DNA of 64,000 nucleotides, taken from contig JAXLNO010000146.1 of assembly GCA_038087875.1 (NCBI GenBank), forward strand, positions 682,001 to 746,000. Direction: 5' to 3'. The translations under genes were made by a program, and so were the position numbers. Numbering within the stretch: position 1 is the stretch's first letter; every line of letters begins with the position of its first letter. Below the pieces are notes generated by a model. It was not told where the DNA came from. It was given only the letters and a program-made list of their open reading frames with translations, and did not search any database. Below are positions 51,700 to 63,236 of the stretch, one piece after another. The DNA comes from Malacoraja senta (lineage: Eukaryota).

Positions 51700-53556
51700 G
51701 TCAAGTCAAGTCAAGTTTATTCGTCACATACACATACGAGATGTGCAGTGAAATGAAAAGTGGCAATGCTTGCGGATTGTGCAAAAAGAAACCACAAAAC
51801 AGAATGGAACAGAATCACATATTCACATATTACATATTTGTGGGAGGATAAAAGAGAAAAAAACAGCAAATTTAAAAAGACACCACACAACAGTAAATTG
51901 GTACAGTAAGTTAGTCCCTGGTGAGATAGGAGTTTACAGTCCTGATGGCCTGTGGAAAGAAGCTCCTTCTCATCATCTCTGTTTTCACAGCATGACAATG
52001 GAGGCGTTTGCCTGACCGTAGCAGCTGGAACAGTCTGTTGCTGGGGTGGAAGGGGTCCCCCATGATCTTGTTGGCCCTGGATTTGCAATTTCTGATGTAT
52101 AGTTCCTGCAGGGGGGCGAGTGAAGTTCCCATAGTGCGTTCGGCCGAACGCACTACTCTCTGCAGAGCCTTCTTGTCCTGGGCAGAGCAGTTCCCAAACC
52201 AAATTGTGATGTTTCCGGACAAGATGCTTTCCACAGCCGCTGAGTAGAAGCACTGGATGATCCTCAGAGACACTCTGAATTTCCTCAATTGCCTGAGGTG
52301 GTAAAGGCGGTAAAGGCGCTGCCTTGCGTTACTCACCCCTGCGGCAGCGTGTGATGTCCATGTCAGATCCTCTGAGATGTGCTCCCAGGTATTAAAAGCA
52401 GCTCACCCTAGCCACAGTATCCGCATTTATCTTCAATGGTGTGTACGTCCTCGTCCTAAAGTCCACGATCAGCTCCTTCGTTTTTTTGACATTCAAGAGG
52501 AGGCTGTTGTCCAGACACCAGAGTGCCAGATCAGTCACCTCCTCCCAGTAGGCCTTCTCATCGTTATCGGAGATCAGGCCCACCACCACAGTGTCATCAG
52601 CAAACTTGATTATAAAGTTGGAGCTGAACCTAGCCACACAGTCATGTGTGTACAGGGAGTACAGTAGGGGGCTGAGAACGCAACCCTGGGGGGATCCTAT
52701 GGTAAGGGACTTCGATGTATTTGCTCCCATCTTGACTACGTGGGGCCTGGCGGTGAGAAAGTCCAGCACCCAGGCACACAGGGGGGTGTTGAGCCTCAAT
52801 TCCAGCAGCTTCTCAGCAAGTTTGATGGGGACTATCGTGTTGAAGGCTGAACTGAAGTCTATGAACAGCATCCTCACATAGCCCCCCTTCTGGCTGTCAT
52901 GGTGAGAGAGCGGTGTGCAGAACCTGGGAGACCGCATCGTCCGTGGATCTGTTTGGACGGTATGCGAATTGTAGCGGGTCCATGTTGCGAGGGAGGAAGG
53001 CGCAGATGTGTTTCTTAACCAGCCTCTCAAAGCATTTCATGACTACCGAGGTGAGGGCCACCGGACAGTAGTCATTCAGACAAGCTGGGGAGGCATTTTT
53101 TGGTACAGGTACAATGATGGATCTTTTGAAGCAGGCAGGGACCACGGACTTGGCCAGGGAGAGGTTGAATATTGTAGTGAGCACCGGAGCTAGCTGCGTA
53201 GCACAAGACTTAAGTACTGGCCCCGAGATGCCATCTGGGCCTACAGCTTTCCTCGTGTTCACTCGTGTCAGGGCCCTCCTCACGTCGTGCTCGGACAACG
53301 AGAATGTGTACCCATTCTCAGCGATGGACCTCCCTTCAGCTTTGTTAGCCAGCACGCTGGCGGTGTTTTCGTTAGCCGGCAAACCTGGGGTGATGTTGCC
53401 CGACTCGAAACGAGCGTAGAACGAAGGAGTTCAGGTCATCAGCTAGGGAGGTGCCAGCATTTCCGGTTGAGGGGGGGCTGCTCTGGTAGTTGGTTATAGT
53501 CCGTAGCCCCTGCCACAGGCGTCTGGTGTCCTGCTGCTCCATCTGTGACTCCATCT
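51700..53556 (-). mobile_element. 5'-truncated Rex1/Babar LINE
   Basis: Motifs [45 protein letters not shown] and KFADDT, ending in a (cttga)n tail. Confidence 0.9.
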
Positions 53557-53959
53557 GAGGACCATAACTACCCGACAGTGACAGTGTGACACTTTTAGAT
53601 CCTACTGTATGTTGTCATTAAACAGTTGGTTTTAAAATACATATTGGATTCATCGCAGAGCGGGCGATGCCTTACCTGGATCCCCGTTTGAAGCTCTGGA
53701 GTGTTGGGCCTGCTGCTTCAACATCATGGAGCTGTGGTTTGCGGAGCTCCCAGCATCGGGCCGCGCTGATTTCAATATCGCGGAGCACTGGGGTCCCTTT
53801 GCCGAGGGCCGCCAGCGTGAATCTCCGCCCAGCTCAGCCTGTGGACTTCGGGAGCCACGATCTCCGGTAGGACGTGGCCGATTCGGAAGTCTAAGCCTCT
53901 GAGAATGTTCTCCTGTTCCGACGTCGGATGTTGACTCCCAAATTTCATTGTACCAATGG

Positions 53960-54560
53960 CCATGAAGGGGGTCCAAGAGGAGGGGGTCCGTTGGAGACGG
54001 GAAAAGGGATCATCAATGGGGGCGAGGACTCCTTCGCATGGAAGAATGGTGTGAGGCAGAGGCGACGGAAGAAGAGCTCCAAATCGCGGCAGACGCGGAA
54101 CTCATTGAGGTGGGGACGGAGGGGGACAAAGGTGAGGCCTCTGCTGAGGACAGACCGTTCGGTATCTGAGAGGGGGAGGTCAGGGGGGATGGTGAACATT
54201 CGGCAGGGATGGGGGTTGGGGCCGGAGGAAGGCAGGTGAGTGGACTGAGGCCGAGGCAATGTCTGGTGGGGGGATGGTGGGTGGTCAGGGGGTAGGGGGG
54301 TATGAGGACTGTAGTGTGGGAGGGGAAGAGCTGGGGTCACATGGTTTGAGGGGAATGGGGAAGACCCAGTGGAACACCCACTGATGTTACCAGGGTTAGG
54401 GGGGACTAGCACTAGGACCCAGCGCTGTCAAACCCAGTGGAGTTGGAGTCCGCAGCGTGGAAACTTCAGGCCCGGTGCTGAGTCCAGGCTGCAGGTAAGG
54501 CGACGGCTGCAGGCTGCTGGAGGGCGGTGGTGTGACGAGGGTCGGCGGGCAAAGAGTAGG
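53960..54560 (-). mobile_element. Penelope-like internal fragment related to 37110-37650
   Basis: PPDLPLSDTERSVLSRGLTFVPLRPHLNEF is shared with the full-length element. Confidence 0.85.
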
Positions 54561-55239
54561 AGGTCCTCTCCACAACGAATATAAACCTCACTTGCATTTT
54601 AATCCCTCGCCCCCCCTCCCCCCCCAACACCACCAAAGCCTCCGGAATCGCAAGCACAGCGCCACCGATGGTAGGGTTTGTAACAACGCCACTATGTCAA
54701 AAGTTTTATACACCTTGGTAGAGCGGGCCGAGGCCCCCCTAGATCTCGAGGCCCTAAGCTTAAGCTTGTCTGGCTTATACGTAAATCCGGCCCTGAATGA
54801 AATCCAGCCTCCTGGATCAAATTAAATGTGTCTAATGCCAGATCAGGTCAGCAGCAGATGCGACCTCACTGGCTCTCCACTCTGCGCTGAACCATCTGGG
54901 TAGCAAGAACACATACGTCAGGTTACCATTCATTGACCAGCTGTGTTCAACACTATCCTCCCCTCCAGACTCGTCAGCAAGCTCCAAGACGGGCCTCTGT
55001 ACCTCCCTTAGAAACTGGATCCTTGACATCCTCATTGGCAGACCTTTATCAGTACACATCAGTAACGGCATCACCTCCTTGTTGACCATCAACACAGATG
55101 TTCCTCAAGCCTGCATGCGGAGACCCCTGCCCTGCTCATTACACCAATCAAGCACTTAGCTCCAATGCAATCTTTAAAATGCCGATGATACCACTGTGGT
55201 CTGTTTACACGGAGTGTGTAAGGTTGCTACCCCTGTTCC
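54222..55239. repeat. Left copy of the ~1-kb direct repeat flanking L1 family B
   Basis: Matches 61856-62865; the only difference I found is one complex indel (cgatgatacc vs gg). Confidence 0.95.
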
Positions 55240-55617
55240 TTTAAAAAAAAATTTTTTTTAAAATTATTTTTATTAGAAGTACGGTAATTTACAGTAATAC
55301 ACAACACTTATATCTTAGTACATTTTTTATACCGCTTCATTTTTTGAGCTTTAAGAGAAAGATAGAAGTAAGAAAAGTAAAGAAAGTGCGCAAGAGTCGT
55401 GAAGTGCAAAAGAGTGTTGTGAAAAGAAAGCCCCTTAGAAAAGAAGTTAGAGAAGGAAGTAAAGTAAGAAAGCAGATCCTAGAAAAGAAAGAAAAAGAAA
55501 GTAGGAACAATCGCAGAAAGGGAACCACCGACCAAGTCTGTTTTTATTGTTTTACCTCCCATTACCAGGTCCTGATACCATTCTTTATTTATTTATTTTT
55601 TAAATTACTATTGCACC

Positions 55618-58600
55618 TCATGCTTGTAATAGGTCCAAAAACGTAGACCACGTCTTTTGGAATTGGTCTGCTTTCCCTGCTAAGAGGAATCTCATCTCTT
55701 CCAGATGTAATGTTTCCAACATATTTGATGTCCACATTTTTATTGTTGGTGTGGGCGCATTTTTCCAGAATTTAAGTATGAGCCTTTTACCCATTATTAG
55801 CCCGTAATTGAATAAGTTCTTCTGGTACACATTTAATTCAGGGATACCTTCCGATATTCCAAAAATGATCCATTCTGGTTTTGGTACCAGTTTTATTTTA
55901 ATTAATTTTGAGAAAATATCAAATATTTCATACCAAAAATTTTGGATTTTTGTACAAAAAACAAAAGAATGCGCTATGGTAGCTTCTTGACATAGACATT
56001 TATCACAGATTGGTGAAACATTAGGAAAGATTTTATTTAATTTAGTTTTTGAATAATATAGTCTATGTAATGTTTTGAATTGGATGAGCGTATGTCGTAC
56101 GTTGATCGAACATTTATGCACCTGTAGTAAATGGTTATCCCAGCTCTCTTTTGAAATTTTTATAGCTAATTCTTGTTCCCAGTCTCTTCTAATTCCATCT
56201 GTTGTGGGTATTTCTATGTTTAAAATGATATTATATAAGTACGATATTAGATTAGCTGATTCCGCCTTTGTCTTCATTGCTTCATCTAGTAAGTCGGAAG
56301 GCATATTATGATAGTCTTTTGTGTGTTTTTTTAGGTAATCACAAATTTGTAGATATTTAAAATATTGATTATTTTTCAGATTATATTTCAGTTGTAGTTG
56401 TTGAAATGATAGTAATTTTCCCAATTCATACAGATCTTCGAGCGTTTTGATTCCCATACTTTCCCATTGTATAAATGATTTGTCTATGGTTGAAGGTTTA
56501 AACGATGGGTTATTAACTATTGGTATTGAGAGAGATAGGTTTCTTAATTTTAGATTCTGTTTTATTTGTTTCCATGTTCTAATTGTGCTATTTATAATTG
56601 AGTTTTTATTATAATTTTTATTATTCAAATTTATTGGAGAGAGAATAATCGCTCCTATATTACTTGGGGAACAGTCCTCTTTTTCCATTATAATCCAGTC
56701 CACCTGCTGGGCAGAATTGTCCAGCAGGTGAATCATATTTTTAATATTTACTGCCCATTTATAATACATAAAGTTAGGGAGCGCGAGACCCCCCAACTCT
56801 TTTCGTTTATTAAGGTGTGCTCTTTGTATTCTATGGGATTTATAATCCCATATAAAATTTGTAATGTCTGAGTCCAATTTTTTGAAAAACTTTTTTGGGA
56901 TATATATAGGTATTGATTGAAATAGGTATAGGATTTGTGGTAAGAAAATCATTTTTATAGCATTTATTCTGCCTATTAAGGACATCGGAAGTGTTTTCCA
57001 GAATTTAATCATATTATTTAATTTCTTAAGTAAGGGATTATAATTGGCTTTAAACATATCCTGGTAATTTCTAGTAATTTCAATTCCCAAATATTTGAAT
57101 TTTTCTATGGCTATTTTAAAAGGGAATTTCCTGAGGTGTGTTGAGTCTTTTGGTTTTATCGACATAATTTCACTTTTGTTCCAGTTTATTCTGTATCCTG
57201 AAAAGGATCCAAAGTCCTCAATTAAATTTAATATATTTGGTATACTAATTTGTGGTTTTGTGATGTATAATAGTACGTCATCGGCATATAAGGATATTTT
57301 GTTATTTGAATATTTTGTATTATAACCGTAAATATCCATGTGTGTTCTTATTTTTTCAGCAAGGGGTTCAATTACTAAAGCAAATAACAGCGGTGATAAT
57401 GAACATCCTTGTCTATTGCCCCTTGATAGTTCAAATTTCGAGGATAATATATTATTAGTTAGTATTCTAGCCGTAGGTTTGTTATATAATAGTTTTATCC
57501 ATGCAATGAAGTTCTCTCCCAATTGGAATTTTTGCAATACTTTAAACATATAGTCCCATTCTACTTGATCAAACGCTTTTTCTGCGTCCAATGAGATGAT
57601 AGATAACTCTTGGTCCTGAGATTTATGCGAGTGCATTATGTTAAGCAAACGTCTCAAATTATTAAATGAATGTCTCTTAGGTATAAATCCTGTTTGATCC
57701 TCATTTATTAGTCTACTAACATACCTGCTTAGTCTACTGGCTAGTGTTTTCGCTATTATTTTTTGATCCGTATTTAACAAAGCTATAGCTCTATATGATC
57801 CTGGTTCTTCTATATTTTTATCTTTTTTAAGTATTAATATAATCGTTGATTCTGCTAGTGTTTCTGGTAAGTTTTGCTCTTTAAAAGCATGTGTATACAT
57901 TTTCTGTAATCGTGGAGTAACTATGTCATAAAAAGATTTATAAAATTCATTACTGAATCCGTCTGGTCCTGGTGTTTTTCCATTCTTTAGTGTTTTTATT
58001 GTGTCTTCTATCTCCTTAGGAGTGATTTGTGCTCCCAGTTCCTCTTGTTCCCTCAGTTCTAATTGTGGTAGGTTACAGTTATCTAAGAATTCTGAGATTT
58101 TATTATTATCTATTAACGTTTTAGATGTGTATAAATTCTGGTAAAATTGAGCAAATCTTTTATTGATCTCCTTGGGTAGTGTTATTAATTCCCCTCTGTC
58201 TGATTTAATCTTTAATATTGCATTCTCTTTTTCCCGTTTTTTCAGTTGGCGTGCTAGGAGTTTGTGGGGTTTGTCCCCGAATTCGAAGTGTTCTTGTTTT
58301 GTGATTTGAAATAATGTTATAACTTTCTCTGACAGTAATTTATTTAGCTTGAATTTCAATAGTAGGATTTTATTATGTTTATCCATAGTTGGGTCTTTAG
58401 CATTATCTGTATTTAATTGTTTTATTTGTTCTTCTAAGTGTCTTTGTTCATTCTTATTCTTTTTATTTTGATAAGCTTGGAATGAAATAATGACTCCTCT
58501 AATAAATGCTTTGAAGGATTCCCATAATAGCGTGGGGGAAATATCTGGTGTATCATTTATCTAAAAAAATAGATCCATCTGTTTTTTTAGATATATACTC

Positions 58601-59409
58601 CCTTGTGGGTCTTTTAAAATTTGCGAGTTAAACCTCCAGAACGATTTATTCATAGACATTCCTTCTAATTTTAAAACTAAAGTTAACGGAGAGTGGTCTG
58701 AGATCGCATTAGTGTGATATTTAGCGTTCATAGTGTGCGGAATTAATTTTGTATCCACAAGAAAGTAGTCTATCCGTGAGTATGTTTTATGCACCGTTGA
58801 ATAAAACGAATAATCCCTTCCCGTCGGGTTTGCAATCCTCCACACATCTGCTATATTTGTGTTTTCCATATATGTATGTAAAAGTTCACTGGTTTTAGAT
58901 TTCATATTACCTTTTTGTTTTTGCATCGATTTATCTAGATAAGGGTCTAAAACACAGTTAAAGTCTCCTCCAATTATAACATTTTGAAAATTAAATTCTG
59001 CAATTATATTCAGAATTTTATTAAAAAATTGAGGGTTATCGAAATTGGGCGCGTATATATTTACCAGCGTAATTGGCGTATTATTGATCTCTCCTGCTAC
59101 TATAAGGTATCTCCCTTCCTTATCTAAAATAGTATTCTTTGATTTAAATGGAATTCCTTTACGAATGATGATTGCAGTGCCTCTAGATTTGGAGGTGAAT
59201 GAAGAGTGAAATGTTTGTCCTATCCAGTTTGCCCTCAGTCTCGTCTGATCTTGATGTTTAAGATGCGTTTCCTGTAGAAACGAAATGTCCGTGTTGTATG
59301 ATTTCAACTGAGCTAGTACCTTGCTCCTTTTAATAGGTTCATTAATACCCCTTATATTCCAGCTACATAGTGTGATTCCTCCCATTTTCTTTTGATTATC
59401 ATCATACAT
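55618..59409 (-). CDS. L1 ORF2p (APE endonuclease, RT, C-terminal Zn knuckle) with one internal stop
   Basis: The EN part 58561-59409 and the RT part 55618-58560 are in the same frame. Motifs YADD and CDKC...HSFVFC are present. Confidence 0.9.
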
Positions 59410-59769
59410 TTTTACCAATTTTATTGATCTTATTTATTATGGTGCATTCATACCTCAGGACTCTGGTTATTTTGGGGGCATTTCTATTATAGACTTCCTT
59501 GGTAGTTCTCCTCCGCGATTGTCCTTGGAAAGAAAACACATAGATGTGACGTATTGTGATAAAAATAAAAAATAAAATTATATCAAATAAGTGTACGGTG
59601 TCTGAGATTTCAACACCGTAGTGAGTGTCCCACTCGTCTGTGGGGTACGACATCTATATCGCTTCCGGCGTAGATGTTATGACGTTAGCCCCGCTGCCTT
59701 TATTACCCAAAACCTAGGGGGTCTGTACCGTTTCCAAATCAGTTCTATTTCACCCTAGTTGCAGTATAT

Positions 59770-60405
59770 TTATATGTTTCATTCCGACTTCAAATGTATT
59801 CAGTTACATATATTCCTCACTCTTTATCTCTTAACTATTTTGAATTGGTTTTAGTATTGTTAAAAGTGAGCTGTTTGCTGAAAGGGTTAACCGGAGTCAG
59901 GCTCCTGGAGTTGTGCCAGGTGCCTAGTCTCCTCCCCTTCCCACTCGAGCTGCGGAACATATGTGTCTGCGTTATAAGGCAGGCAACACATTTTTATCAG
60001 TTTCAATTGCTATATCTATATTAGTATTGTTAATTATTAATTATTATTGATTCTCCATATTTTGTAAAACTATATAAGCCATATATATGTTTCATTCCGA
60101 CTTCAAATGTATTCAGTTATATATATTCCTCACTCTTTATCTCTTAACTATTTTGAATTGGTTTTAGTATTGTTAAAAGTGAGCTGTTCGCTGAAAGGGT
60201 TAACCGGAGTCAGGCTCCTGGAATTATGCCAGGTGCCTAATCTCCTCCCCTCCCCACTCGAGCTGCGGAACATATGTAATTGCTGTTGTCTGTGTTATAA
60301 AGCCGGCAACACATTTTTATCAGTTTCAATTGCTATTTCTATATTAGTATTGTTAATTATTAATTATTAATGATTCTCAATATTTAATAAAACTATATAA
60401 GCCAT
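59770..60405. repeat. ~313-bp tandem duplication in the L1 inter-ORF spacer
   Basis: tatatgtttcattccgacttcaaatg occurs at 59771 and 60084. Both units end in aactatataagccat. Confidence 0.9.
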
Positions 60406-60653
60406 GTGATGTTTTTCGCTCTCAGCACATCAGATCGTCAGTCCCATGTTATCAGTCTTTCCTCGTTTGAGCACAGAGTGTCCTTGAGTTATATGCCACA
60501 ATGTTCAAGGGAAGATAATAATGTCTAGACACGTCTCCTGGAAAATCTGTTGCGTGTGATAAATTTAAAAGCTTGATGTTCAGTTATTCACTTTTCTTGT
60601 GATATTCTTGATGGGGGAATAAACAAATTAATTTGTTCATGACGTCTTGGTGA

Positions 60654-61664
60654 TCAATCTTCACTTGTTGCTGCCTTGGCCACGATTTCTTGAGCGTATT
60701 TAAGAGATTCTGCCGGGTTAATGAATGTTTTTGACTTTCCCATGAAAGTAATACGCATCCTGGCCGGGTAATACACCCCACACATAACACCCTTGACACC
60801 GTAAAGAACTTCTCTGGTCTGTGAGAACTTTCTTCTCTTTTGCACAATCTCGTAAGGGTAGTCCCGTAGGAGTTTAATAGAATCATTTCTGTACATCATC
60901 TCCTCTCCGTATTTGATTTTTTTCATCAGCGCTTCCATTGTTGGAATATCCCGAAGTTTAACTATGATCTGTCGTGGATAGGCATGTGCTCCTTGAGATC
61001 TTGGTTTAAATCTGGGTAGTCGATGTGCTGCTTCAATTACAGGTGCCTCAGGTAGTTTGAGTACGTGTTTAATTAGATTGGCAGTGAACTCACAAGCATT
61101 GTCCCCCTCAGCTCCCTCTTTTACTCCACGTATACGTATATTTTGTCGTCTTGAGCGAGCTTCTAGGTCAACACATTTATCAGACACTTTTGTAAGATGG
61201 CTCTTGAGGCTGTCTATTTCTAACTTCATCGTCTGCATCTCTCCGGTCATCTCTTCCACAACAGCTTCCATATCATTCACTGCAGTTACATTTGCAGAAA
61301 CAGTTTCATGCACAGCCTCAAACATCTTTGTGGTCTCTTCTGCCATCTTATTAATTTTCCCCGTTAATTCTTCTTGCACATCATCCACTCTTTTTTTCAG
61401 AGCATCAATGCCCGCAAGTATTTTTTCATTACCGGCCATCAAATTTATGTTTCCAACTTTCAAGTCATTTTTCAAATCTCTTACCGAGTTTTTTAACTCC
61501 TCCAATTCGGTTTTCTCTTTTGTAGTCATCTCAGTCTTAGATCGTGTGTCCATTCCAGAAACCGCTCCAGAGGTCCGTTTTGCAGTTTCTTGATGTTCCA
61601 GAGTCTTCAGCGATTGTTTTGTAACTTTCCTCTGTGGGCTCTGACCTGGAGATGTACTTTTCAT
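60654..61664 (-). CDS. L1 ORF1p (coiled coil, RRM, CTD)
   Basis: Uninterrupted 336 aa with LEARSRRQNIRIRGVKEG, AHR, PRQIIVK and YPARM. Confidence 0.9.
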   Translation of the reverse strand: MKSTSPGQSPQRKVTKQSLKTLEHQETAKRTSGAVSGMDTRSKTEMTTKEKTELEELKNSVRDLKNDLKVGNINLMAGNEKILAGIDALKKRVDDVQEELTGKINKMAEETTKMFEAVHETVSANVTAVNDMEAVVEEMTGEMQTMKLEIDSLKSHLTKVSDKCVDLEARSRRQNIRIRGVKEGAEGDNACEFTANLIKHVLKLPEAPVIEAAHRLPRFKPRSQGAHAYPRQIIVKLRDIPTMEALMKKIKYGEEMMYRNDSIKLLRDYPYEIVQKRRKFSQTREVLYGVKGVMCGVYYPARMRITFMGKSKTFINPAESLKYAQEIVAKAATSED

Positions 61665-61855
61665 TTAAAATGACTTTCCCTCCGTTAAATTCACGGCGCT
61701 TACTGATGACGTCATGAGCGCCGCGACATGAGACTCCGGTAAGTTTTTAAAAACAGTCCCGACCTCCAGACCCGATTTTAACGCGAAAAATCGCGATTTT
61801 TTCAGCGGAGCTAAAAATTTTGCGACTGCTAGCAAAGCATGTCGCCACCGGAAGT

Positions 61856-62865
61856 CCGGAGGAAGGCAGGTGAGTGGACTGAGGCCGAGGCAATGTCTGG
61901 TGGGGGGATGGTGGGTGGTCAGGGGGTAGGGGGGTATGAGGACTGTAGTGTGGGAGGGGAAGAGCTGGGGTCACATGGTTTGAGGGGAATGGGGAAGACC
62001 CAGTGGAACACCCACTGATGTTACCAGGGTTAGGGGGGACTAGCACTAGGACCCAGCGCTGTCAAACCCAGTGGAGTTGGAGTCCGCAGCGTGGAAACTT
62101 CAGGCCCGGTGCTGAGTCCAGGCTGCAGGTAAGGCGACGGCTGCAGGCTGCTGGAGGGCGGTGGTGTGACGAGGGTCGGCGGGCAAAGAGTAGGAGGTCC
62201 TCTCCACAACGAATATAAACCTCACTTGCATTTTAATCCCTCGCCCCCCCTCCCCCCCCAACACCACCAAAGCCTCCGGAATCGCAAGCACAGCGCCACC
62301 GATGGTAGGGTTTGTAACAACGCCACTATGTCAAAAGTTTTATACACCTTGGTAGAGCGGGCCGAGGCCCCCCTAGATCTCGAGGCCCTAAGCTTAAGCT
62401 TGTCTGGCTTATACGTAAATCCGGCCCTGAATGAAATCCAGCCTCCTGGATCAAATTAAATGTGTCTAATGCCAGATCAGGTCAGCAGCAGATGCGACCT
62501 CACTGGCTCTCCACTCTGCGCTGAACCATCTGGGTAGCAAGAACACATACGTCAGGTTACCATTCATTGACCAGCTGTGTTCAACACTATCCTCCCCTCC
62601 AGACTCGTCAGCAAGCTCCAAGACGGGCCTCTGTACCTCCCTTAGAAACTGGATCCTTGACATCCTCATTGGCAGACCTTTATCAGTACACATCAGTAAC
62701 GGCATCACCTCCTTGTTGACCATCAACACAGATGTTCCTCAAGCCTGCATGCGGAGACCCCTGCCCTGCTCATTACACCAATCAAGCACTTAGCTCCAAT
62801 GCAATCTTTAAAATGCGGACTGTGGTCTGTTTACACGGAGTGTGTAAGGTTGCTACCCCTGTTCC
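61856..62865. repeat. Right copy of the ~1-kb direct repeat flanking L1 family B
   Basis: See 54222-55239. The identical ORF pairs (e.g. 54532-54825 and 62166-62459) confirm it. Confidence 0.95.
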
Positions 62866-63215
62866 AATACCAAAAGGGGCTGCTTTCCTTCTGGCTGCAC
62901 TTCACACCCACCATCCTCATCTTTGGACACCCTGTGCGTCGGGCCGAAGATGTCCTAGTTGGGTTGCTCATAGGCCTGGCCAAGCTGGCCATCAACAAGG
63001 CCCAGCACCAGGCGGAAGAGGGCTCAACCCGAGCCGGCTAGCTGCCCCATTTCCGGCGGCACGTCCACGGGCACCCTGTGGGATTTCCAGGACCACTGAG
63101 CACCGCGGGATGAGGAATGCACCCTCAATAAGGATGGTGATAGTTGTATAGTAGTTTATTCAGTATATTTCTTTGACCTGTATTATGGTGGTGGGTTTTG
63201 ATTTGATTTATTTTG
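62817..63215 (+). mobile_element. Tx1-like LINE 3' fragment
   Basis: VYTECVRLLPLFQY...FWLHFTPTILIFG...LLIGLAKLAI resembles the Tx1/L1-group ORF2 C-terminus. Confidence 0.6.
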
Positions 63216-63236
63216 TACTGTACATATTACGGTGGT

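Larger units (their letters stand above)
55240..61855 (-). mobile_element. Full-length, nearly intact L1-clade LINE (family B)
   Basis: ORF1 60654-61664 (336 aa) is intact. ORF2 59409-55618 lies in one frame with a single in-frame TAG at 58561-58563. The 5' end is acttccggtggcg and the tail is A/T-patterned. Confidence 0.96.

Noticed and set aside
59620..59700. Twister or hammerhead ribozyme in the L1 spacer (UAACGUC...GACGAG)
   Set aside because: It lacks the twister P4/L4 consensus and the CUGANGA core. It is kept only as an unclassified structure.
61057..61593. 178-aa ORF antisense to L1 ORF1
   Set aside because: It has a non-ATG start and is the expected antisense shadow of a coiled-coil ORF.
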